In this document: positions 49,001-64,000 of the stretch, in pieces
Position numbering within the stretch: position 1 is the first letter of the stretch
Layout of the letters: every line of letters begins with the position of its first letter
Source of the DNA: Felis catus
Lineage: Eukaryota
Reading direction: 5' to 3'
Length of the DNA stretch: 64,000 nucleotides
Assembly: GCF_018350175.1 (NCBI RefSeq)
Contig: NC_058379.1
Coordinates: forward strand, 8,494,001 to 8,558,000
The notes under the pieces: generated by a model
Seen by the model: the letters and a program-made list of their open reading frames with translations, nothing else
What the model was told of the DNA's origin: nothing
The model's database searches: none
Made by a program: the position numbers and the translations under genes

Positions 49001-52000
49001 TCGGAAATTGGTATTTGGGGGGCACCTGCATGGCTTAGTTGGTTGAGCATCCAACGACTTGATTTCCGCTCAGGTCATGATCTTACTTACGGTAATGGGA
49101 TCGAACCCAACGTCAGGCTCAGTTCAGAGTGTGGAGCCTCCTTGGGATTCTCTCCCTGCCGCTCCCCCCCCACCCCCCCTCCACCTTGCTCAAAATAAAT
49201 AAATAAGCTTAAAAAATTGCATTTGGGATATTAACAACAAAAGACCTTCACAACTGAAAAACTAAGGTGTAAAGAATAAAGCTTATATATGTAAGAATTA
49301 AGAAAAAGAAATAGTTGTGAATGGAAAGAGAAATACATCACCTCATCGAAGTCTCCTCTCACAATATGAACATCACCGGCCAGAGTCTTGAGATAGTCAT
49401 AACTCTCTTTGGTGCAAAGGTTTCCAGTACAGAGAATGTGCTGAATCTTTCCTGGCACCAGCAGTTTTTTGAATTTAGCCGGCAAACTGTTGCACCGGTG
49501 TGGGATGTGCAGGTCTCCTAATACCAACACCAACTTTAAAGTGTCAAGGTGAGACAAGGTATCATGTCAAACATGATGTCAAAACAAGATGTTCTCTCTT
49601 AACTCCCCTTTTAAATTAAATTAAGCAGAGATTCCAGAACCCATAAGAGCAGAAGTTATCCATACAGTTCTTAACATGACCATTTAAACAAACACACATA
49701 TGGTAACCTACTCTGTTCTAATCAACCTTATTTTGGTCATAAATAGGTGTGCATTCACAATACAGGTCATCATTCAATTTACCAAGAATAAAATTGGGCT
49801 TTCTAAAGCAATTCATTTAGAGACCTATAAATGACACTTAAAAAATTGCAAAATGAAAAATACACTACTGGGTCCTATGGGATTTGGCATTTTTGAGGTG
49901 TGATACGGTAATTCCTAGTTCTCCAGCTATAATGTAAAACCTAATATACTGATTCCAATGTTCCAGGAACATTAATAAAGAGAATTGCTAAAAATGTAGT
50001 GATAGAAAAAAAACTTAATTCTGTAATTTATGTTTACTAGACTGTTTACTAAACTATATGGAGGAGCAGTAGCCAAAATTTATAATATTTTACTTAAAAC
50101 AATTAGTTCTACAGTATATAGGAATAAAAACAGCCTATGCTTCAAAGAGTTTCGATAGGACAAACACGTGCTTTTGAATTATGATCTCTGTTATCTTCTT
50201 TCCTTATTAAAAATCCTGTCATATTTCTACTGTCTAGATTAAATTGCCTATGTACCCTCAGTTTGGTTCCCAAATTTAAAATAACATTTTCACAGTCTTT
50301 CATGTGCATTAGAGATTAAAACAAAACAAAACAAAACAAAAAAGAGATCAACTAAATAAGTCATGAATTTAGCAGGAGGTGGTTTAGAGTTGCAACATAG
50401 TCTCAGATGACAAAAATAAATTTTGCACTTAAGTGTAAAAGAGTAAAAAAAAACCTCAATCCTGTAAAATTTTAATTTTGAAAATTCAAGATTTGAATAT
50501 AAACATTATTTGATTCAGTCATTTAATGGAATATTGTCAAAAGGTCATTTTGAAGTAATATCTGCCCCCCAAAGGACAATAATCAATTTCTTATGTTGAT
50601 TAGTATAAGCACCCTCATTCTGTAACAGGATGTTTTCCCACACAGACATTCCATCCATAAATGTACATGCCCTTTAACTGCTTTTAAAGAAGGCATGACT
50701 ATTCCTTAATATTAACAAAGAAAACATTAAATAAATACGATACAATCAGAAAATAGTTTTGCCACCATAGACTTTGTAAACTGAAATTAATCAAAAATGA
50801 AAATGTGTCAAACTAAAATTATTACTAAAACAAACTTGATTCATCTTGCAACAAATATCAACATGATTACAAAGGAAAGGAGCTGTTATCAGGACACAGA
50901 GTAACTGAGGTAACACGAGGTTACACAATTAGCATACTTTAAAAGAAATTGTTAAATAAGTTTCTTCTTTTTAAAGTGTGGTTTCAGCTGGTTATTTGTT
51001 CAATGACTTAATTGTTTCAATCCAGATCTTAGTGGATAAAACATCTTATTGTAAAACTAAAGACCACTATGAAGTTTCCACCCTCACTGGTAATCAATGC
51101 AAAAGTACCTGGAGACAGAACAATCTTCATCTTTAGAGGGGGATCCCTTCAGATATGGATTGAAGTACATAGTTAATGTGGGAAGCTGGCATTTGAGAAA
51201 AAGGTAGAAAATAGATGTCTATATTAAAAAAAAAAAAACCCTCCAACTACTCATAAAAGGGAATACGTCTACATATAGCAGGTTCAAAATCTTTGGGACT
51301 GATAATCAGCTGTTGAATCTGAATGTGCTAGAAAGAATATTAGTAACACACGATACTTTATAATGACTGATGACCTAAATTCTATCACGTATTACGGATT
51401 ATGCCTAAGTCTAAAGATATAACTATATGAATGATCAAACAAAAATTATCTCAAAGTAGTAAAGATTCTTAGTAAGACTCTCATTTCAGATAGGTGACTA
51501 AGTTATAGGGGAGATAGTGTCACATAACAAATGTCATACTCTGAGGAACGTCCTTGCCCAAATTCCACACTTTTGACAGTTCAGGTTAGGCAAAGTTTGT
51601 AGTCTTTTGAGACAGCAAAAGATCCTAGAAATGGCAGCTTTGTTAAATTTAAATAAAGAACCAACCCAATCAAAGCATAGGAATTTGGTTATTTCCTATT
51701 TGATAGATTGTAAAAGGGTGAAATCCCAGTCATCAGCCACCCGACCACCATTGTTANNNNNNNNNNNNNNNNNNNNNNNNNNNNNNNNNNNNNNNNNNNN
51801 NNNNNNNNNNNNNNNNNNNNNNNNNNNNNNNNNNNNNNNNNNNNNNNNNNNNNNNNNNNNNNNNNNNNNNNNNNNNNNNNNNNNNNACCAAAAACAGAGC
51901 AACAAAAACTCGTATCAAATGAATATGCAAACACTTGTTAATGATTTCTGAGTGTTATGAAAGAAAATGTTAAAAATTGGCTTTGCTCAAAACAATACCA

Positions 52001-54090
52001 AAAGAACCATTTGCTGTATTTTTAAACATGACACACACACACGGACACACACACACACACAAACGCACTGTAAAAGAAATTTGCCTTGTCGATTTTTTCT
52101 ACTTCTCCTCCTCTTCTCTACCATGATTCCAATCTCTTTTGTTTCCTGTTCTGTTTCAAATTTTGTAAAACAATTTGGAAAGTTCACCAGTAACGATGTA
52201 AATGAAAGCTAACATTTTCTGGATGCGTAAGGACTAATTCCTCAAGTATACTGATTTTAAGTCTCTTATGCTCAAAATTCTAGTATAGTTGGAAAATTTA
52301 TGCTGCAGCTAGATCATTATTTTGTACAGAAGATCTAACACAGCACTATGAATACATTATCAAGTGATGAAGCCACCGACGAAAGATGATACAAAACCAA
52401 ACACATTCCTCCAGCTACAACTGGACCTTCTCCACACCTGAATTTGCTGCCCACAGACCCTGTATACCAGGTGTTGAATCTTTCTAGTCTCCTTTGCCAA
52501 ATAAAAAGTTTTTAATCATGAAAGAGTCCGCTAATGCTAAATTCTGCCCAGTTCTATCTCACGTGACAAGTAATGTTCCAGTGTAACTCCCCTTAAAAAG
52601 TGTTCATTTCTCGGGGCGCCTGGGTGGCTCAGTCGGTTGAGCGTCCGACTTCGGCTCAGGTCACGATCTCACAGTCTGTGGGTTCGAGTCCTGTGTTGGG
52701 CTCTGTGCTGACAGCTCAGAGCCTGGAGCCTGTTTCAGATTCTGTGTCTCCCTCTTTCTCTGCCCCTCCCCTGTTCATGCTCTGTCTCTCTCTGTCTCAA
52801 AAATAAATAAACGTTAAAAAAAAAACTTTTTTTTTAAAGCGTTCATTTCTCAAAAAACCCTTCAGGAACATGAGTATGGAATCATATGTCATCTTCTCTC
52901 AGGAATAACTGCCTCAAAATTATTGTAAACCGATCACTCCAAACAGGAGTCTGCTTAGAAGCAAAAATCAACGGGGTTAAAAACCTTTCACGTCTACAAA
53001 GATGCACAGACCACAAATCTTTGGCTGTCGCGTCTACAACCACCTCCAGGGCTATGCTTGTCACACAATCGTGGGAATCTTAAAACGTGCAATGGATGCC
53101 CATCAGAAATAGAAGTCCCTTTACAGGTACCCTCACCAACACAAACACCAAGATAATCAGAGCTCCTTCTGAACAGGTTAACTTTTCAGGGAGTGAAGGA
53201 CACCTTTGAAAATCTGATCGCAGCTCGGAGTCCTCTCCAGTAGCAGCTCCCGAGTTTTTATATAAGACGGTCGTAGGGGCGGACACCTACTGGAGGCCAG
53301 CGGGTGGGGTTTGGCCTTGAAGCGGGCAGGGCAGTCTGATGAGTCTGACGAGGTAAAAGCTCCACAAAACTACCCCCCGCCCCGGCACCCACGCTGGCTC
53401 CTTACCCGGAAAAAATGTACACACATTCACAAATGTTTCCAATTTCGAGGAGCTCATAAACCATTAAGGAAACAACGGTTCCAGCCATTCTAAGAGCCAC
53501 ATCCAGTCCTTTGAGGACTCACTACCAATTTTCAATGGCAGCTGCACTAAATTGCAGGGGCTAAGGGGATAGTTTGTATTCCCTTTCCTCGGACGGCAAA
53601 CTAAAATGGATAGGGGATTCTGCTCTAGTTCCCATTTTGCATCCGAGAAGCCAGCTTTCCACGCAAGCGGCAGGCAACTGGTAGACCCTCACCAGCGGGA
53701 GGTGCCTTTTAAGGAAAAGGAGTAGGGAAACGTCTGGAAACGGAGGGGACCATGCCCCTTTTCTCAGGAGCTAGAGGACCAGGCCCAAAGGTCTTTCCCG
53801 GCTCGGGCGCGCGGGTCTCGTGACAGCACGAGTCGCTGAGGGGGGCCCTCTTCCCCTCGGACGTCCTCTGGTCCCTGGGGCGGGGGTGCGAGCCGGCCGC
53901 ACCCAGCGGTGGCTGCCCCCGATCCTCCCCTGCCCTCCCCCTGGGCCTTCTCCAGGCCCGGACCTGGGCTGCGCCCGCCACGCCCCCGAGATCGCCCATG
54001 CCCTCGCTCAGAGACTCCCAACGTCTCCCAACGATGCAGCACCGCGGCCGAGAGCTAGGCCTCGGCCGCCGCATCTGCACTCCTCACCAT
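45895..54090 (-). CDS. VPS29: Vacuolar protein sorting-associated protein 29 (retromer/retriever subunit), 182 aa without the microexon
   Basis: Exons 54090-54088, 49533-49342, 46483-46248 (partly N), 46012-45895 sum to 549 nt; [39 protein letters not shown].../...[11 protein letters not shown]. Confidence 0.97.
46248..46483 (-). CDS. VPS29: VPS29 exon (236 nt; 46257-46404 are N)
   Basis: tag|[26 protein letters not shown]...LET|gtgag; frame preserved across the N-run. Confidence 0.95.
46637..47049 (-). mobile_element. Two tandem CanSINEs
   Basis: 46637-46837 and 46850-47049. Confidence 0.9.
47335..47580 (-). mobile_element. MIR SINE (near full length)
   Basis: ccccattttatggatgaggaaactgaggcacagagaggttaaaataacttgc..aaggtcacac. 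Confidence 0.9.
47765..49217. mobile_element. CanSINEs 47765-47984 (-), 48675-48857 (+), 49017-49217 (+) with L1/L2 fragments between
   Basis: SINE heads and tails; tttattgaggtacaattcacataca L1 end at about 48315. Confidence 0.85.
49342..49533 (-). CDS. VPS29: VPS29 exon (192 nt)
   Basis: aag|[64 protein letters not shown]|gtgat. Confidence 0.98.
52613..52825 (+). mobile_element. CanSINE with TSD
   Basis: Flanks aaag(t/c)gttcatttctc. Confidence 0.93.
54088..54090 (-). CDS. VPS29: VPS29 exon 1 coding part (ATG only)
   Basis: gacaggATG|gtgagg on minus strand in CpG island. Confidence 0.9.
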
Positions 54091-54379
54091 CCTGTCACAG
54101 GGCTGCGCTCAGTCACCACCGCCGCCGCCGCCTTCTTCCTCGGGCTCCGGGGCGACCCGCCCACCTCGCTCTCAACCAATGACAGAGGAGGTCGACGGGA
54201 GACGGCCTACGGAGGCCCGTACAGGCCCTTCCGCGACGTCAAACTTAGCTGCCCTTTGGGAAAGGGAGGGTGGCGGGAGAGTAAGATCTCGAAGCTTCGG
54301 AGGGTGCGGCCGACATCCGGGCACCTGGGGCCGTCGAGCTGAGGCGCGCCTCGGGGCCCTGCTTGGTAGGGCTGCGGCC

Positions 54380-57612
<3,233 letters not shown>

Positions 57613-58199
57613 TAAAGCTAAAGTATCATGTGTTTTTTGTTAATATTTTTCATGTTTAGAATATTGAAAGTGCATGTCAAGACTTCTCATTGCATTACTG
57701 CTTAGAATTTATGTGGTTTTGTTGTAGGGCCATTGTAAATACTTGGAAAGTATTATCTTGTCTCTGTAGAAGTATGATGAAATGATTTGTATTCAGTTTT
57801 TCCTCTTTTGACTTATCAGTGGCACAAGCTTGGCCTGTATACAAACCAAAAATTTTTTTAAATGTCTTTTTGAATTCAAACAACTGGTGATTCTAAAATT
57901 AACTGGCTGCTTGATGATATTCTGTTAAGAGTGCCTTGGTAACAGCGTTCTTTGGTAAGAACAGAAAAGAATAATGCCTACCTGTATTGAAAGTCCTCCA
58001 AGAGGCACATAGTATTATATCTGGGGCTGAAGGAAGCATGGTAACTGGCCCACAGTCACAAAATTAGTAAGTCACAGTAATAGGAGCCAAAACTTTTATA
58101 CGTTCTCTCTGTTACACGAAGCTGTAAAACAGATTTCCTGCCTCCCAGCCTTGCGTGGTAGATATTCAAACGTACCCACGGGATATTTACATGCTTAAG

Positions 58200-58450
58200 T
58201 ATGTATAGCACGGTGGTTAAGAGCATGGACTCTGGAGGCCATAAGGTCTAGGGTGGAATCCTGCTCTGCCCTTTCTTTGCTGATACTTTCAGCAAATTAT
58301 TTTCCATCTGTTTGCCTCATTTCCCCCCCAGTGTAAAATAGGGTCGTGTTAGTACCAGCTTCCTTGGGTTTTAGGGAAGGATTTGATGAGTTAGAGGAAG
58401 TTATAGTTCTAAAGTGTTTAAAAGAACATTGGCACATTCTGTTAGCTTGT
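58200..58450 (+). mobile_element. MIR SINE
   Basis: agcacggtggttaagagcatggactctggag..aatcctgctctgcc. Confidence 0.85.
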
Positions 58451-58523
58451 TGTATTTATTATGATTGCTGCTATTTTATTTGACATTAGCATGTAGAATT
58501 GTATGCTTTAAAAAAGCTCGTGC

Positions 58524-59297
58524 TGGGCGCTTGGGTGGCTCAGTTGGTTAAGCGTTCGACTTTGGCTCAGGTCATGATTTCACAGTTCATGGGTTTGAGC
58601 CCCACATCGGGCTCCGTGTGGACAGCTCAGAGCCTGAAGCCTGTTTCAGATTCTGTGTCTCCCTCTCTCTCTGCCCCTATCCCACTCACACTCTGTCTCT
58701 GTCTCTATCAAAATAAATAAACATCAGAAAAAAAAAAAAAAGCTCATGCTTGTGATATTAGTCCACATCTTTTTTTGTAACGGAATGGTCTTCTGGAAGG
58801 TTATTGTAGTGTTACAATTATCTTATATGTCTTACTTAAATTTCACCTCATATTTGTATTATAATCTTTAATTTTCCCCCTGCAAAATATCAATGATTTA
58901 ACATGATTTCCCCCTTCTTTGAACTTTAGTTCATGTAATAGCAGAATCACGTAAAGAGCATGATTAAAAGCACAGCAGGCCTTGGCATCACAGACTTGGG
59001 TATGGATTCTTCTGTGCTGCTGCTGCTGCTGCTGCTGCTTCTTTTTTGTTTTTATTTTTTTTAACGTTTATTTGTTTTTGAGACAGAGAGACAGAGCATG
59101 AACAGGGGAGGGTCAGAGAGAGAGGGAGACACAGAATCCAGAACAGGCTCCAGGCTCTCAGCCGTCAGCACAGAGCCCGACGCACGGGTCAAACTCACGG
59201 ACCGTGAGATCATGACCTGAGCCGAAGTCGGACGCTTAACCGACTGAGCCACCCAGGCACCCCATCTTCTTTTTTTTTTTTAATGTTTATTTACTTT

Positions 59298-59338
<41 letters not shown>

Positions 59339-59487
59339 GCACATGTGGGGGAGGGGCAGAGAGAGAGGGAGACACAGAATCTGTGCTGTTAGCACAGAGC
59401 CTGACGCGGGGCCCGAACCCAGGAACCGTGAGATCATGACTTGAGTCAATGTCAGACACTTAATCGACGGAACCACCCAGGCGCCCC
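58524..59487. mobile_element. CanSINEs 58524-58741 (+), 59042-59263 (-), 59270-59487 (-), with a (GCT)n run at about 59015-59038
   Basis: TSD aaaaagctc(g/a)tgct around the first copy. Confidence 0.9.
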
Positions 59488-59527
59488 TTCTATGCTTCTT
59501 ATCAGCTTTGTGAAAGTGCATAAGCTT

Positions 59528-59886
59528 TGTCAACACAAATTGAACAAAGCTTTTAGAATCTCTGAAAGTAAGAAAGAGTTTATTCGAGCCCAAGTTAGGA
59601 CAGCTGCCTGGGAAACACACTCTTCATGGGGGAGAAAGTGCTCTAGAGAATGAGCAGTTCTTACAGGGTTATATACGTTTCTACATTTTGTAAAAGCTCG
59701 AAAGATGATAGATTAGCATATAGGCAGGAATCACGAGGAATGCAGGAGCAGGAGCATTGACAATGTGATTTTCATTAGGCTAGTCATTCTCAAAGCAGAT
59801 GTACAACGTGTGCATGGCAGGCCATTAATCAGCCTTTTGGTTTGAACAAGATTTATGAACAGTCATGTTAACTTAGAAATCTAACA
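59528..59886 (-). mobile_element. Probable ERV solo-LTR fragment
   Basis: TG...CA ends; gagtttattcgagccc and ttatatac (polyA and TATA on the minus strand); family not identified. Confidence 0.45.
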
Positions 59887-60206
59887 GGGCTCCCTTTGCA
59901 TATCTGGCCTTTGGAGAGTGTTTCTCTTATCAGCTCTCTGAACTTTCATTTTCTTTTCTGTAAAATGGGGATACTCTTACCCTCACGTTTGGAGGTTGTT
60001 GTGAATGTAAAGCGAGATCACTTGTGTGAAGCACACAGCGTGGTGTCTGACATGGAGGAAGTACTAGAGAGTCAATGACTGCTGTCATTACAATTACCCT
60101 CAACCCTTATTTCCAGCTAGATTTTAAACAACCAACTTTTCAGTTTCTTAAGAATCTCTCAAGCAGATTGATTAGATTACTGTCTAATACATCCTTGTGA
60201 TTGGTT

Positions 60207-61042
60207 GTTTTTTTTAAAGTTTATTCATTTATTTTGAGAGAGAGAAAGCACGAGCAAGGGAGGGGCAGAGAGAGAGAATCCCAAGCAGGCTCTGCATTAA
60301 AGCGTGGAATCCAACGTAGGGCTCAAACTCACGAACCGTGAGATCATGACCTGGGCTGAAATCAAGGGTTGACACTTAACTGACTGAGCCACCCAGGCAC
60401 TCCAATTGGTTGATTTTCAGTAGCTTTTGTAGGAAAGCTATATGAGTTGGGATGCTTTAAGTTGCAAGTAACAGGAAAAAAAAAACCACAGAAAATCTAA
60501 CTCAAACTAACTTTAACAATAAGGAGAAATATTGGCTCATGGAAATGAAAAGGTCAAAATTGGGTCACAGGTGTGGGTTTGGTTCAGGCTGCAGCAGCTG
60601 CTCCTTCTTTTCCTTCTCCTTTTTATTTTATTTTTTGAGAGACAGAGCATGAGTGGGGGTGGTCAGAGAGAGAGGGAGACAGAGGATCCGAAGCAGGCTC
60701 TCCGCTGACAGCGGCAAGCCCTGTGTGGGGTTTGAACTCACGACCCACGAGATTATGGCCTGAGCTGAAGTCAGACACTCAACTGACTGAGCCACCCAGG
60801 TGCCCCTCTCCTTTTTCTTTTTTTTTTAATTTTTTAAAATGTTTTTATTTATTTTTGAGACAGAGGGAGACAGAGCATGAGTAGGGGAGGGGCAGAAAGA
60901 GGGGGAGACACAGAGTCCGAAGCAGGTTCCAGGCTCTGAGCTGTCAGCACAGAGCCCGACACAAGGCTCGAACTCATGGAGTGTGAGATCACAACCTGAG
61001 CTGAAGTCAGACGCTCAACTGACTGAGCCACCCAGGTGCCCC
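60207..61042 (-). mobile_element. CanSINEs 60207-60404, 60620-60805, 60812-61042; the latter two interrupt an old MLT1-like LTR (~60440-61470)
   Basis: SINE bodies; gttgggatgctttaagttgcaagtaacag..aactcaaact..ttaacaataagg MLT1 antisense motif. Confidence 0.82.
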
Positions 61043-62601
61043 TTCCTCTCCTTTTTCTTTTTAAAATTCACTCAGCTCTCCTTTCCTCCACGTGACTTAT
61101 CCTAAGGCTAGTTTCTCTGATAAACTTTCAATAATAAGGTGGCTTGCAGCAGCAGCTGAGGCTAGATGCTTCCTCTTTCACATCCAGTGGGAGCGAGAGC
61201 CTTACCTCATGTATCCATTAAACAAAAGTTCTTGCCTTTGCTCTGATTGGACCAACCTAAACTAATCTTCGTGGCTAGGAAATTCACTCTTTAAGCATCA
61301 TACCTGGTCCAAATTTAATTGTAGGGGGGGATAAAATTATACCAATTAATTTCTACCAATGAGGGCCCATCAATGGTGCTGGAAGCAGAGTCAATCCCAC
61401 CCAAACCTCATGGCAGCTGCAAAATGGGGAAGGGACAGCTCAGGAAGGAAGGGGAACATAGGAGATAGATGCTGCTACTTAATTAGGTAAGTAGTTATAC
61501 TTCCCCAAACTGTGTGTACCCAGAAAATAAAGCTTGCAACTTTATATTTATAATCTGGTGGAGAAACGTTCAAATTTAGTTGAGAAAAATCACCTGGGCA
61601 GGGATAGCCAACAAGCTGCTAGAAATACATATTTGGGATTTGGTAAGAAATTAAGGATAGTGATGTAAATCTGGCTCTCTTCACTGATAGAAAACACTTG
61701 AAAAAAAACTGAGCTACTAAAAAGGACTGACTTCTCTAAATCTAACCATGAAAAGTTTCTGTAACAGTGATTTCTTGAATTATTTAGCATCTGCAAATAG
61801 ATAAAAAAGGATTTATACCACTGAGAAGCAAGATTTAGCTGAAATATTTATGTCATTAATAATTCTACCAATTCTCCATACTTTTCTTTTGCACTGGCCC
61901 TAGAGTTTCTAAAAATGAGTCCATGAGTTCCTGAAGAACACACTCGGATATGAACCACCTGCTAATATGTTCTGTCCTGGCTCAAGGGGACAGGACTCCC
62001 AACAGAGGGGAGCTTCCATAAGAGGAGTGCACTGGGATACTGAATGAAAATGAGACTTTGAATCATACGCATATATTAATGAAGTGATGTCAAGAAGGTT
62101 GGACTCCTTCAAGTTTTCAAGTTTTGGGCATTCTACAGATGTGCTAATGATTTTAAACTCAATGGTGAACTTACAGGGATTGAGGAATATTTGAATAACT
62201 TACAAGATTTTTGAAGTATCACTAGCCCCTAAAATTCTAAACTCTACAAATGTAACATCTCCAAACTAATGGTTCGTCCTTAGCTGTACCCCTTCAGGTT
62301 TGAAAGAGTTCTCTGGACCCATTGAGGGAAGTTTGAAATAGAGCTTATGAAGTGGCTGGTAGAATTCTTTCATAGCGCCAGGAATCCCATGGCAGGAGCA
62401 GATGGTATGAGACACCCACTACTCAGCATGGTCCATCGACTGGCTCCTGGGCCCTAAGTTGTTGTTACTGTTCTGTGAGAAGATAGCGAGCTTATGCCAG
62501 AATTTAGGCCAAATACATTACTAAGCATTTGCGTTAATTCAGCTGTTGTTGTTGTTGTTGTTGTTGTTAATAGTACTATTTTATCAAAGAATGCAGTCAG
62601 T

Positions 62602-62605
<4 letters not shown>

Positions 62606-62642
<37 letters not shown>

Positions 62643-62824
62643 GTTTACTTATAGTGAGAGAGAGCACAAGTCGGGGAGGGGCAGAGAGAGGGAGAGAGAG
62701 AGAATCCCAAGCAGGCTTTGCACCGTCAGTCCAATGCAGGGCTCAAATTCATGAACCATGTGGTCATGACCTGAACCGAAATCCAGAGTCTGACGCTTAA
62801 CCCACTGAGCCACCCAGGTGGCCC
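62606..62824 (-). mobile_element. CanSINE with long homopolymer tail; (GTT)n at about 62544-62567
   Basis: About 34-nt T run, SINE body, flanking agtca(g/a)ttc. Confidence 0.9.
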
Positions 62825-64000
62825 AGAAGTCAATTCTGATGAAAAATCCCTTGTCTCATTACAGTCCAGTGCTTTGTGCAGCATAAGATAAAGCCTACAA
62901 ATGACCCAGGGGGGAAACAGGACTTCTAAACGTTTATGCCATTTGCATGCTACCAAGGGAGATTGTTATTGTTATTAAACTAGAAACTAGAAAAACCACA
63001 GCGAACAGGTACATCAAGCCAAATTACTCGAACAAGGGACAGTGGATGTTCTTTGAGCCAGAGACTCGAAGGAGAGAAAGCTGAAGAGGAAAGGCTTTCT
63101 GGTTAGTGGCATCACATCTGGGTAAGTTTCCAGCAGGCAGAAATGGGAAGGCATTCTGTGATGAGGGAGCAGTGTGATCAAAGGCACAGGTTGAAAGTGT
63201 TTAGCACCTGTTCATAAGGTAAAAGGTGAAGGAAGCCGATGGCAAGAACAGGAGCATCAGGAATGACAGATTAGACATTTCTCAGCCTGGACATCTTTGG
63301 CAATGCCAGTATTTGCTTGAGAGAAATATTTAGAGGTATGCTTGTGCTGTGTGTGCCGGGGCTGTTTGTGAACAGTACCTGCGAAACCGGTAACGGTAGT
63401 TGCCTCTGTGGAGGATACAGGGCTGGCAGGAGTCAGGAGTGGAGGATGACTTACTTTTCACTGTCTCTCTGGTATCTTTTGAACTTTCTACCGTCAGCAT
63501 CTATCTATTACGTGTCCCTCCAAAAGTAACTTGAAAATATTTTTTAAAATAGGTAAGCTATGCCAACTTTTTAGATTTGTGTCTTCCCCAAATGGAAATC
63601 ACAGTGATCCTTCACAATGCCATGCTCTTTGTAGTACATCTAAAATTTATGGACGAAAGCAAAGATGAAATAGGTCAGCTTATGTTACTCTAGCGCTCAA
63701 AACTCTCTCTCTCAAAAAAAAAAAAAACAAAACCCAAAACCACCTTCCCCATTTTACACAGGGTATTAGCCAATGATCTTTCAATGGCCAGTGAGGTCCT
63801 ACATGGGTTGGAAGCCCTCTGCCCAGTAAGCTCCTTCTCCCAGGTAGCATGTAACTTGCTGTTTCATTTTCTCCAAGTCTTCACTCAGATGGTGTCATTT
63901 CCATGAGGTCTTTCCTGACCTCTCTATTTGCAATTGCTACCTACCACCACTGGCATTCCCTAGTGTCTTTCCTGCTTTGCTTTTCTGTGGTCTGTATCAC

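Noticed and set aside
49534-49560. U12-type branch-like CCTTGAC about 11 nt before the VPS29 acceptor
   Set aside because: The visible upstream donor is U2-type (gtgagg) and a U2 branch candidate (tttgac) with a pyrimidine tract lies further upstream. Worth revisiting only if the hidden microexon donor reads GTATCC.
4819-51951. ORFs containing long X runs
   Set aside because: Artefacts of translating N-runs, except the true VPS29 exon at 46248-46483.

Overview
Mammalian genomic DNA, almost certainly a felid (roughly 60 CanSINE/SINEC_Fc-type copies, several of the young cat-type subfamily). It covers the gene-dense block syntenic to human 12q24.11: ARPC3 (-), GPN3 (-), FAM216A (+), VPS29 (-) and the first four exons of RAD9B (+), with two head-to-head CpG-island promoters (GPN3/FAM216A and VPS29/RAD9B). 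I traced the exons by hand. GPN3 (284 aa) and FAM216A (253 aa) are fully readable and open. ARPC3 (178 aa) and VPS29 (182 aa without its microexon) give frame-consistent lengths but are partly hidden: nine short N-runs cover ARPC3 exon 5, the middle of one VPS29 exon and probably the VPS29 AGHR microexon. The rest is SINE, L1, L2, MIR, MaLR and DNA-transposon debris. I found no convincing novel biological system. The best leads are about RNA processing: a required GC-AG intron and a NAGNAG acceptor in FAM216A, candidate alternative or poison exons in VPS29, ARPC3 and FAM216A, young inverted SINE pairs, and an antisense SINE bias. Gene identities and repeat family names come from recalled sequences, not from a database search, and repeat boundaries are approximate.
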